In this document: piece by piece, positions 26,301 to 38,249 of the stretch
Layout: the number at the start of each line of letters is the position of its first letter
How positions within the stretch are numbered: position 1 is the first letter of the stretch
Assembly (NCBI GenBank): GCA_028534125.1
Contig: CM052818.1
Coordinates: 38,752,001 to 38,816,000, forward strand
Length of the DNA: 64,000 nucleotides
Reading direction: 5' to 3'
From: Lama glama
Taxonomy: Eukaryota
Position numbers and translations under genes: made by a program
The notes under the pieces: generated by a model
Databases searched by the model: none
The model's input: the letters and a program-made list of their open reading frames with translations, nothing else
What the model was told of the DNA's origin: nothing

Positions 26301-27589
26301 TATCCCTTCTCAACTGAAAGTGTGATCCCCTAACCACAGAATGCTGGGGTAGGTCAAGTGGAGAGTGAAAAATAAGAAAACAAACCCTGACCAAGGATTG
26401 TTAGAAGCAAAGCAATGCTTTGCTTAACCTCTCGATGGCAGGGTCTGAGACCTCATGCATTTACGACTACGTACCGATCGAGTTAGTTGAAAGGTGAACA
26501 TATTTTTCTTCCAAAGAGATTCCTTTAGAAGTAATGAAAGTGAGAAGCAAAACGGGAGCAGAATTTCTTGATTTCCTTTTCACCAGAAGAAGACACAAGA
26601 CCTCAGGGACATGATTACAGTGGCCATGTGCTGCCATCGCTCTGTGAAAAGGTGGGTCACCCTGGCCTGATCCATATCCCAAAGGAGGTAATCCTGGGGA
26701 CAACTCATTAGTGAGGGCAAGTCCTTGTCATCTTTCGACAACTGCTGCTCCATTGCTAACCCTCTCCCAGAAATCCTCAGTAACAGGCGAAACAGTTTTC
26801 TCCTCCTTCTATAGGAAAAAGTCAGGTGTGAGAGCTGGGTCAGCAGGAGAAGGCCGGTGGTCAGTCCTTTCCTGCCCAGTCTAAGAGAGATGCCGAAGGA
26901 GCCCAGATGGTGTCACTGAGCACAGATCATTGTACTTGCCGAGAAAAGTACAAAGTGCCCTGTCAAATCTGCTGTAGAACTTTGTTGGTTTCCCTAAAAT
27001 ACGGAATGGACCTTGCAGAGGGAGCTGCAGCAGTTAGGGGTATGCCTTTGGAATTCAGAGACACAACCATGCAGCCTCCGGAGAGGGAGAACCCATGCAT
27101 TCTGCAGTGAGATGGATCCTCCAGCAGCCTGAGACATCCGGAAACAGAGCACCTTTCCACTCACACTGTGTTTGGAACGACAACCATCCCTCATTACAAA
27201 CACCAGCGCTTGTTTTCTGAAGAGGATGCGTTTTCCACTGCATTTGACCCCTTCCCCGCAGCCCAAGCTTGATTCTTGTAGCTGTGCAGTGGCTTCGCAC
27301 GGTGTGGGGCTGCAGACTATGTCCTATGCAGTGTCACACCAGTCACATAGACCGAGGGAGCAGCAGCCTCACGCCTGGGGCCCCCATCCTCCCGGACGAC
27401 TCCACGTTAGCGCCCGAGGTGTTTCGAGGGGGAGGAGCGGTCAGCATCAAGACTCCTGGGCCCAGCGCCTCCTGTTTCAATGTAGTCACTCCTGAGGCCT
27501 CAACACACTGTTGTGTTCAGGAGCAGGAGTAGACTAACCCGGGAATGCCAGATAGCAAGTCAAAAAGCAGCCCTCTAAAGACCAGTCAG

Positions 27590-27617
27590 GGGCAGTGTTA
27601 TCAATAAAATATTTAAT
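27590..27617 (-). terminator. Candidate distal GDF7 poly(A) signal (ATTAAA)
   Basis: Minus strand reads tgtacagataagttgATTAAAtattttattgataacac, with TGTA elements upstream. Confidence 0.55.
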
Positions 27618-30600
27618 CAACTTATCTGTACAAAATATTTAAATGGTTAATGAAGCGTACACAAGTGTGTTTAACAAATATATACTGCTATGTAATTGTC
27701 AAGAAAAATAGAGATTGCTGTTTTACAGTTCATTTACATTTCAATATGTACAATCTATTTAAATTTGAGAATACATATACACAGTGGATTTGTACCTGCC
27801 CTTGAGTTCCCCGCCAGCCGGCCTGGGCTCGGGGGCAGCGCTCACGACGTCAGCTCCTACGGCGCAAATGGCCAAGCTGGGCAGTGGGGAGAAGGCCCGA
27901 TCTCCAGTCCTCGAGCCTCAGCGTTCTGCTCTGGCCGAACCAGAGCTGGAAGACAGGTGACAAAGGAGAATCCAGCTTGTGTTAAATGGGTTTAAAAACC
28001 TCACCCTCTTTCACATCTTGCTCTCAAGCCAAGCTGAGAAACTGAGTGTCACTGCAAAATGAAAGGGCCTTCTATCCGTCCCCTCAAACAACTAACTGTG
28101 TATTTAGCTGCTGAGGGGATGCTGTGTTATTGAGCTGTGACGGCCCATTTCCTTAACATCACAGCCCTGGAGCTGGAGTGCGTGTGTATGTTAAGGGGCA
28201 GGGTCCCCCTTGTGTCAGATGCTGCTGCCCACCCAGGGCCAACTCAAACAGCACTGCACTTCAAGCTGGTACGGGAGTTCTGCAGAAACCTTCACAGTGA
28301 GAAGAGTTGCTTCTTTATATATTAAAAAAAAAAAATTCCCCCAAAACTTTTCAGAATCCCCTCTTGTCATCTGCTGAAGGACAAGTACAAAATCATTAAA
28401 AATCCTTGTTAAAAAAAATCATTAACTTTTCATTTGGGGTGAAATACTTGTAGCTAAAAGACCTAAAGTGACTCATTATGATTCTTTGTCTTAAAAAACA
28501 TAAAAGTTGTCCGCGCTACAGTATAAAGTGAAATACCAAAAACAAAGCAAAGGAAAACAAAACAATTACTCTAAGGATGCTCGTGTTCAATCCATGATGG
28601 GTCCCGGTGGAGAAGGACAGAGAAGTTCCCCTTTGCAGAGCCTCTGTTTCTGGCTTGGGACTTGGGACTCCCAGCCAGAAAACGCGTTTTATCACGAGCT
28701 TGCTTTCTCCCTGAACCATATCATCACTTTCTAAACAGAATGCTGAACGGCTGACTTGGCTTTGACTCTGACAGGTCCTGATCCGGAAATACAAGTTGCA
28801 AAGGAATACGCTCTGCTTGTGGGTGCACTCCTTCCTCAAGCCAACTTACTGCAGCCCCAAGCCACCAGGACACATGTATCTTTCTGCCCTTAGCAGCTGT
28901 CAGTCACTCAGAAATAAACAGGCAGACAAGGAAAGGCCTTCAACATGCCTTGTCACTGCTTTTCAGAATCACGCACCTCACTGAAAAATCCAGGCTAGGG
29001 CCGCTCACGGGTGAGAGGTCTGAGAGAAGCCAGGCTCATCGGAAAGAGGACGTACAAGCAGTGGGCAGCTGCACTGAACCACCAGAAGGAGTCCACCCCT
29101 CCCCACCCTGCAGCCCAGGGAGCATCCTCATGGGAAGTGCAGCCTGTGTGCTTCAGATGGGTGTGTGAGCAGGACTCCTGTGAATAAGCCTGACAGGGTG
29201 GGAGTCTTGTCTTTGTCAGCCCGAGCACACCTCAGCCCTAGAAGGCTCCGCTGAGGTTCTAGATGCTGGCAGCCAAGCATCTGAGCAGGGTCTAGGCTGA
29301 GAACAGGAGCCTCAGCCCCGCCACCTCCCGATGCAGTAACTGCTGGTCAGATGCAACAGCACAGAGATGAAATGAAGTGGCTGCAAAGAAGACAGCCACT
29401 GGCCCGCCACCTGCCTGGCCAGACCTCTGGCCACCATACCACCACACTCGTGTTTGCCTACATCTTTAAAAAATTGTGAAAAAGAAATACAAAAGTGAAA
29501 GAGCTGTCCGTGTCCAGGAGGTCTGCGCCGCCAGGCCTGAAGGTGCCTGGGACTGACTGACCCACTGCAAGCTTTTGCTTGTTTTCCTAGATGATGGATT
29601 TCACATTCCATGGTGGACTTAGAAAGAAGCGTAAGAGGTTTTGCACTGCCTTAAACTAGCAGAAGAGCAGCCGTGAATGAGTGACCAGAGCTCACGTGGC
29701 CAAGGTCAAGTCCTCCACCACCCCCACTGATTGACTAGGCCGACTTCCAACCCTCTCCCCACAACCACGTCCACGCAGGTGGCTCTCCACAGACTGAGTG
29801 TGGCCATCCTGGGAAGAACAGGCTTCTCTCGCCTGGATCCTCATTGAAAGATAACTGTTCGTGCAGTTTTAAGCTCTGGGTGCAGATTAAAGTCCAGAGC
29901 AGCACAAAGCGGGGAAGAAGGCTGCTCCAGGTACAAAAGGCCGTGCTGACTGGAAAACCAGAAATAATGTCTTTTTGACTCCTCCCTTCTAGTGTTTCTG
30001 AGTGTTAAGCTCTGCCACCATTTTCCAGGGCCTAAAAGAGAAGAGGAAGAGAAGCTCTCCTGGTGCCTGCTCCTGGCTCGCTCCCTGGCAAGCTGGGCCA
30101 GACATGGGCACAGCAGTGAGGGGGCTAAGGGGCGGGTGGGACCTGGCAGAGCAGCTCACCCTTAGACAGGCTTGCTTGCTCCATCTAAGGACTCTGGGAC
30201 AGCCCCGGGTCCCTGACTGGGCTGCCAACCAGGCACGGCCTTTCCTTTCCTCTGCTCCCACAAAGGCACTAGCAGCATGGGAGCCTTCCCAGGACTGGGC
30301 CACAGAACAGCCTCAGCCCGAGTGTGGCTCTCCCCAGCCCCGTGTCACCTCCAGCTGGGCTGGCAGAGCCCTCAGCTGGGACACAACCTGAGAAAGGTCA
30401 TGGCTTTGGTGAGCTGAGCCCTACACCCGAGATCCTTGCCTCCCCTGCACCTGCCTTGCTCCAGGAGGAAATCAAAGCGACATCCAGGAAGTACCAATGG
30501 AGGCTAACAGTCTAATGAACACACACACACACACAGAAACTAGATCTGCAGCATTTGCTTAGAGTGGCTCTGGGACTGAGTCGGAGGGAAACTTTTCCAG

Positions 30601-33600
30601 GAAGTCACATGTGCTCTGCCTTTGAATGATGTGAATGGGCTTTTTGGACAAAGGAGAATCCCAGAACCAGAGGACTGGAGAGCTCCTCATTTTACAGACG
30701 CAGAAGTTGAAGCTCTGAGCAGAGAGGTGATGCCCAGGACTTCTAGACTCTTCTGAAGCTAGACTTCGCAGGAAATGCCTTGGGGAGCGGCCTTCCTGCA
30801 GGCGGGCCGTGCTGTGTGGGGCTGGTCACTCCTGGGCACAAGAAGCCCACGGTGGGCTCGGGCCCCAGCGCCACGTACACCCCTCGAAGGGATCTAGCTA
30901 CTTCGCACTCTCAGCACCCTCTAACTGCTGCTGTTTGCTGGGTTTGCTCTGCTGCTGACACTGCTTCCCCAATCCAGACCCTCTCTGAGAGGACACGGCC
31001 AACTCTCAGCCCCCTCTGACAGACTGCTGCTTTCCAGAGCCTCCCAGCCCACCTGGAGACCACAGGAGGCCCCCCGGCCCATGGCCCAATGAGTGGGCCC
31101 TGCTTTCCGGGCCTGCAGGAGCTTCAGCAAGGCCCCCCGATGGTGTCTGTGGCCCAGAGATGGCTGTTGTGCTTTCTCTTCCTCTTTTTCCTGAGACCAC
31201 ATTCAAGCAAGGGAAGAGTCTGATTTTTCTGTGCACAAGCTGCACTTGGAAAGCATTCAACTTTTCTCCCAGCTTTAAGAAGAAGATTAGACTACAGTCC
31301 CTAGTTATTTTCTGCTTTGAGTTTGAATGAAATTGCCAACAGAATAAATGACTTGCAGGATTTGAATTACACTCCGATTACATCCACAGGGTGGTCAGTA
31401 TTCTCCTGAGCACTGGTGGTGGGTTTCCGTTCCCGCTGACACCCCCACGAGCTGTCGGGGAGAAGTCATGCACTGGGTTTGATGGGTGACTGGCCAACCA
31501 CACAATCCACCCCTCTTCTCCCTCCCATCTGTGCCACTTCAGCAATAAAATGCCAGGACAGAAGGGCGCAGGGAAGCATGTACACGATGAATGGCACAGC
31601 TCAATACTGCTTTCTCGAAGCTAAGCTGACAAAGCCTGCCCCTCCTCCCGAAGACCCACTGCCACTGCTTGGAAAGCCAGAATCCAACCAGGCAAGCACT
31701 GGGGCATGGGTGGGCATGGCCACCTGCCAGTGTGGGGGTCTCCCTTAATACGAAAGTCTGGCTTCAAGCAGCAGCGACCAGACTGTGTGCCTGCAGACCC
31801 GGCACCGACTATTCTCGGGCCCCAGCTGGCCTGGCTTGTGCTCCCCAAGGAGGGATGCCAAACCCTCCTTTTTCTAGCAGAAACAGTGGTTTGAATGAGC
31901 TCAACCGTACTGCATGATTCCTCCCCAACAAAATGGAAAATTCAACTTACTTTAAAGAGAAATACTTTGGTGACCCCAGGTAGGGGGGGGGCTACCTTCT
32001 CTCACAGTCCTGACACTCTATCCCTAATAGCAGCCACCAGCTCTCCCACCCGTGGGGACTGGAGAGTCCAGCTGGATGATTCGGCCTTGCTCCCCACTGC
32101 CTAGAAGAAAGACAGACAGTAAAGGGCGCTACCAACTGTGGAAGCAGAAATCATTTCTCCACATCTTGACAAAGTTTCTCGATCCACATCTCAGCAGCAA
32201 GACCCTGCCTGCCTCCACATGTGGTGGCCCTTTTACTGTCATCTTTACAAAGTGAAACACATCCTCTCCATTCACCTACTTTTAACTCTGAGATGCCAGA
32301 GGGCTGAGCAGAGTAGGAGTGGGACACGGTAGCCCCTGGTAGTTACATGCAGCACCAGAGGAAATCCAGGAGGCATTCTTTTTGTTTGATACAGAACATG
32401 TTGAGGGCATTAGGGGCCATCGAAGGAACTGTCACTAACCAAGGACAACAGCCCCCACTCTGGGGTGCGGCCTGGACTCAAGATGCAGGGAGATATACCT
32501 ACTTCCTACAACACGACACACCTTGGTGGAAGCAGCCATCAGGAGGAAACAGGAAAAAAAATGAACATTTTTTTCTGCCATAAAAACCTCAGGCTAAATC
32601 AAGACAGTGCTTCTCCCAGAATTGTTTTTTTTCCTAGTCATTAAGAAAGTATCAAAGTGTTTGCTTTTGTCCAAAGATATTAAATATCCTAGAATTTCTC
32701 CAAAATAATACTTAGCTAGTTTTTCAGCTCTCTTTCTAAAACTTCTAGCACTACAACTTTTAATACTTTCGTGCCATTTTAAAAATACATCATTATGACA
32801 GGTATCAGAGCAACCACTACACACTCATTATTAAAATCATAGTTTAGAAAAGGAGAGTGAGGCTTCTCTGGCAAAATCCGTAAGTGTAACAGCACCGTCT
32901 TTGCCCAGCCTCTGAAACTAGATGGAAGTGTGCCATGGCAGCCACTTTGGAATTTTTTTATTTTAACCTGAAGAGAAAGTTTGCATTTTCTGGTCATATG
33001 TAGCTACTCATATAGCCGATGGCATATAAATTCACATTATAAGTGTGTTTTATCCTCCTTTGAGGGAATTTTTAAGGATAAATAGAGCTCATGTGGGACC
33101 TTTAAATAAATTAGCTGTATCTAAATCTTTCAGATCTCTCTCTCTCTCTTAAGAGTGTCATCACTGAGAATTAAAATGTGTGTAAGTCATCCTGGACCTC
33201 AGCATTCAAGAGAAGAAGGGCAGAATGAATGCCTCTCGGAGACCCTAAAGGAGAAAGCCCGGCACAGCCTCAAATGGGAGTAACTGGGGGGGGGGGGGCT
33301 GCAGGGTTTTTCAAAGCAGCCCTTGGATCCCCAGACAGGTAGAATCCAACTTGTTTCTCTTCCTCCTCCCAAGCATTTACACAGGCTACAGCGGACTCAC
33401 AGGCAGAAATGAACCACATAAAATAATGAAGGTTGGCATCTTTGACCTCCCTTTTACGCAGACAATCCGACCATCAGCAAGACTCCTTGGGGCAAAATAC
33501 AGTGACTAGGGGATAGGTTTCCACCTCTGGCCCCCACACCCCACCCTTCTGCAGGTGCCACCGCGGCCAAGTTGCAGATGCTCCTCCATGGACCAAGGAG

Positions 33601-34882
33601 GGGAGGGGCCGACCTTCTTTAGGCTCTGAACCATTGGGTTGTGGGGAGTTGAAATTTCACAAAAGCACTTTTGTGTGGCTTCACTTCCCGTTACTATCGT
33701 ACTGCCAAAAACTACAGCAACAACACAGTGAAAGCGTGTAAAAGCCAACACAGACTTGATAGCTAAGCGTAAGCACATGTTGGCCACTCCCAGGGCACCA
33801 TTTGGAGGGGGCTGTGCCTACCTGGCAAACCTCAGTCCTCTGCAGGAGCCCACCCCAGGACACCTCAGTGCCTCCTCCCAGCTCTTCAGGAAAACCTGGC
33901 AGGTCTCTAGGGAAAGCCACAGTGTGCCCCCCATCCCATTCCCATTCCCTGACATAACACTAGCTTCCTCCTGAACAGCCCAAGGCACTACTACTTCCTC
34001 CCTCCAGCTTAGGAGCTGCAGGACCTGGCAGGTACCATCCCACCCCCAATGACATATCAGATCAGCCTGGCAGTTTAAAACCTCTCCCCCGTTTCACTTT
34101 CCTCCCCAAAAAAACTTTTTTCTATTCTCTAGATCATTCCCAGTTGGAACTAATAATTTAAAAAAAAAAAAGTGGTGCTGACCTCTGCAGAGATCTGGGA
34201 AGCTCCGCGATGCAGTCTTTCCAGCAAATGTTCCCTTTCAAAATCAAGGGAGCATGTTAGATTTTATAAGTTAAGGAAAAAAGATAAGGCTTTTTGCAGC
34301 AGTTCCTTCCCACAATAAATGACCCGGATGCAACGCAGACTTTCAGAAAGGACTTGTGACAGCCCTTCTGTCCATTCCAGGTGTAACTCAGTCCCGCAGC
34401 TGTGCCTGCCATACCCCACATTTGGCCAGAAACAAAAAGGGGTGAGATTAAGCTTACTTAAGTATCCCCTTAGTGCCCCCATTCTGAAGCCCCCAGTTCC
34501 GTAACCCGTTTCTACCCTATTAGTGCGAGTTACTGGAACAGCAAGGCAAACACCATCCTCTCTCCAAAAGGGGGCAGTGGGCACAATGGTGATCTGTTTG
34601 CAAAATACATGTGGCTGTGACATTCGGTAGCGTCAGGTCCTCTCTTCCCAGGGCTTCCAGATGCTTCCACTGGAAACGTGTGCAAGAGTGACAAGTGTGT
34701 GGGTGTGAGTGTTGGTGTGTGAACGTGCGCTCTCCCTCCTCTGTGGGGGCGCCGATCCAGACTCGGACTCGCACGCACTCTAGGTGACAGGGTTGGCTGG
34801 CAATTGTTCTTCAGTAGGAGGTCCTTGATGGCGCGGTTGCCCGCAGGTCCCTGGCCCGGCCTGGCCCGGCCTGGCCCGAGTG
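27590..34882 (-). other. GDF7: Probable long (~7.3 kb) GDF7 3' UTR
   Basis: No interspersed repeat that I could recognise downstream of the stop; ends in an AT-rich block with minus-strand ATTAAA at 27612-27617. GDF7 is known to have a long 3' UTR in mammals. Confidence 0.6.
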
Positions 34883-36420
34883 CTACCTGCAGCCGCACGC
34901 CTCCACCACCATGTCCTCGTATTGCTTGTAGACCACGTTGTTGGCGGCGTCGATGTAGAGGATGCTGATGGGGCTGAGGCGAGCGGGCACGCAGCAGGAG
35001 GCCGGCGCCGCATCCGGCGCCATGGAGTTGAGCAGCGTCTGAATGATGGCGTGGTTGGTGGGCTCAAGGTGCGAGCGCAGCGGGAAGTCGCAGACGCCCT
35101 CGCAGTGGTACGCCTCGTAGTCCAGCGGCGCGATGATCCAGTCGTCCCAGCCCAGTTCCTTGAAGTCCACGTGCAGCGGCTTGCGGCTACAGCGGCTGCG
35201 GCCCCGGCGCCCGTGGCCCCGGCCGGCGCCTCCGCCGCTGCCCTGCGTCGCCCGCGCCCCGGCCAACGCTGTCCGCCGCCGCCTGCGGCCGCTGATTACT
35301 GCCGTCTGCGACCTGCTGCTGGGTCCCGGGTCCGGCGGCGGCTCGGCTGCCAGCGCAGCCCCGAGCGCGCGGGCCTGGGCTCGGATCTCCCGGAACAGGC
35401 TCTCCTTCCTGTGCGTTCGGGAGGAGACGACCAGCAGTGCTCGCTCCTCCGCCGCCGCCCCGCCTCCGCCCCGTGAGCCGAAGCCCAGCAGCCTCAGCGC
35501 GAGCGGGCCCCGCGTCGGACCCGCCACTCCGCGCAGCAAGAGGCAGAACGCGAGGGTGGCGCGAGGCTCCCGGCGGTGGCGCCGCACGGCGTCCACCACG
35601 TCGAACACCTCCCAGCGCGCGCTGTCCAGGGGCTCGGCGGCTCGGGAGTGCAGCAGGCGCGGCGCGCGGGCGGCGCCGGGGCACGTGGACAGTAGCAGTA
35701 GCGGGGAAGTCCAGCTGCCAGGACCCGGCTCCGGAGACTCGCGGCGCAGCACGCGCAGCTCTGCGCCCATCACCTCGTCGGTGTCGGGAAGGCTGGACAC
35801 GTCGAACAGGAAGCTCTGGCCGGTCTCGTTTGCCGATTCATCTGCAGGGGACAAGCAGAGACAGAGAAAGAGCGGAATAAGAGCGAAGCCGGCACCCCTG
35901 GCCGCGAGGCTTCTTAACTGCGAATTGCCCAACTGCCCTGAATGTGGGAGCATGGATCGCTGAAGCCCGCGCCCGCCTGGGGTCTCCGCTCCAGCCGGAA
36001 GGCCGCCAGCCTGGCCCAGAAGAAAGGGAGACTTTGTCCACATTATCGGGACCTGGACTTTGGTTCATCGAGCCAAATGATGCCCGACAACCCACGGACA
36101 GCCACTTATCGCACCCCCGCACCCAAGACCAAGACATAAAGCCGCTACAGTTCCTATGCCTGCCCCAAAGCCATGGCTTTTCGAACACTAGTTCGGAAGC
36201 CAGACTTTCGGCTGGTAGCGGGAAAAAGGCCCAGCAGGCGCATTTCTAAGACCCAGAGATCAGGCTGACTGCCCGAGTTTCCGCTCTGTACGGGGGCTGC
36301 TCCTTATCGCCCTACTGAGCCCCTGAAAGAGCCTCGGAGTCCCGGTTGTGCGGAAAACGGAAAATTCTTTTTCCCTGAAAACTGCTTCTGCTACCTCTCT
36401 TCCCTAGCCCAGCCTGGACA
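34730..36420. promoter_or_regulatory. CpG island over GDF7 exon 2
   Basis: Very high GC and CpG density by eye. Confidence 0.85.
34883..35841 (-). CDS. GDF7: GDF7 coding exon 2: prodomain, furin site and mature TGF-beta cystine-knot domain
   Basis: Acceptor ccctgcag|AT at 35841 completes an Asp codon. RRRRR furin site at 35273-35287. 129-aa mature domain ends ...[37 protein letters not shown]...SCCVP...[11 protein letters not shown]. 391+959 nt gives 449 aa plus stop. Confidence 0.97.
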
Positions 36421-37126
36421 CTCCCGCCGGCCACTGTCTCCCATGCAGGCTGGGGCTTTGCGATTCGTCCAGAAGGGGAACGCGTCTGCAGGGCTACAGA
36501 GACCCTTTAGTGCATCCGACCCCTTTGCTTTGCTGGAGGGGAACTGAGGCCCAGGTAGGGGCCCAGCTCAGCTCCTGGTCGCGATGGTGAACTCCAGACT
36601 CAGCTTCTTCCAGTGCTTCTGCCACCTCGGACGGAGGGGAAAGACGGCAGAGGAGGGCAAGCAACCTTCTGGGAAGGGTCTGAGGCAGCGCGGGATTGCC
36701 TTGCTGCCGTAAGGGCAGCGGACCCAGTGAGGTCTCCCCGCACTACCCGCTGGTACCTTCGCAGACTTATTCTTTCCCTCCGCCACATCTCATCTCGGGC
36801 TTTGGGATTTTATTTCTGGCCATGGGCACTTATTTCTTTTGGGGCTCAGAAAAAAAAGTTGAAATTCCACCAAGCAGCAGATAAGGAGCTCCCTTTGAAG
36901 AACGTCATATGGTTTCGTTTTGCCCCAAATGAGGAGAGACTGTGCAGACTCCCCCCACTACTGGAGATTTGCTCACCAACCACGGATGCCAAGCCATCAA
37001 CTCCTGAGGTCCGAAGTCTGAGTGCTGCCGGTGACGTCTAGAGACCTCAGGCAGCCCTACTCCAAGCTGAGGCTCAGGGTGGAAAGGGGAGCAGGAGAGG
37101 CACTGGGCAAGTGCTCCCTAACCCCC

Positions 37127-37131
<5 letters not shown>

Positions 37132-37188
<57 letters not shown>
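37132..37188. repeat. (CA)n microsatellite, ~28 units, in the GDF7 intron
   Basis: Directly visible perfect repeat. Confidence 0.97.
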
Positions 37189-37189
<1 letters not shown>

Positions 37190-38249
37190 CTTTCTCCCAA
37201 GGGCTTGCTTGCTGGAGCACTTTCTCTGATTCCTCTGCAGCCTCTCCCAGCTCCAAGGTCCTGCCACTGCATCCCCTCCCTCCAGAACAAGGAAGGAGAG
37301 GCAGCTTTACTAGCCTTGCCAACGAAGCAGAGCTCCCCAGGAAAGCATGTAGATCAGGCTGAGGCTAACTCAACCTAAAAAAGAGCATCTGGTGCCTCTA
37401 CAAGCTTAAGGCCCAGCACATTCCAACTCTCCCACAGCTGGGAGTCCACACAGCAGTGTTAGTGCTGGGGCCTTCCCTGGCTCTATACACCAGGACTCAG
37501 GCTCCCTGTAAGTACCCTAGCATCCTGTCCAAGGGGCATGCCAGGCTCTCAGAGAATGCTTGCAAGTTCCCACCTGACTATAAGACTGTTTGGGCCTGGG
37601 ATGTCCCTGCATCCCAGATCAAGTAGCTTGTGAGACATTGTGTGTGTTGGAGGGGATGGGAGATTTGATCACTGCACTGCCTCTACCTGCTTTCCTGGGC
37701 TAGGGTCAGGAATATACAGTCCCCAACGGCTCCCAGGCAGGGCACAGACTGCGGGAGCGTTTACTTTCCAGCCCTATTTGCCTTTCTTTTCTTCCTGCCT
37801 TCCATTCTGGGTCCCTGGCTGGATAGAATTAAGGCTGAAATTACTTGCATTTCCGCCTGAAATTAGTTAAAATTTCCCTATCTGTCTGCTTTAATGGCTT
37901 CAATAGAGATTAATAAAATCCAGATGAGGAACACCAACCACTGCGGCCTCACCCACGTCCTACCTTTGGAGGACTTAGGATGGAGTAAGGTGGTGTCGCT
38001 TGGTCCGAGAGAGGCCTGCATTCCTGCACGGTCCTTGGCCCTCCTCTCCTCTGAACAAAACGGAGTCCTCCACCTCTGGCTCCCCGGGAGCAGCACAAGG
38101 CACAAACACCCAGAATTATACATCTCCACCCAGACATTGCCTGCTGAAAAGGGCCCGCCTCATACCTAGTGATGCCACCAGCCTCTCCAGAATCATTTAC
38201 TTTAGTCTGATGCCTGCTTTGTCCCGCATTCCCCTGAGTTTTCCCCACA

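Noticed and set aside
35133..35963. 276-aa, 198-aa and other long ORFs antisense to or in other frames of GDF7 exon 2
   Set aside because: Shadow ORFs of very GC-rich coding sequence; low-complexity Arg/Ala/Pro products with no recognisable domain.
35842..36043. N-terminal part of the 386-aa ORF (MWTKSPF...)
   Set aside because: Intronic read-through upstream of the exon 2 acceptor; the real N-terminus comes from exon 1.
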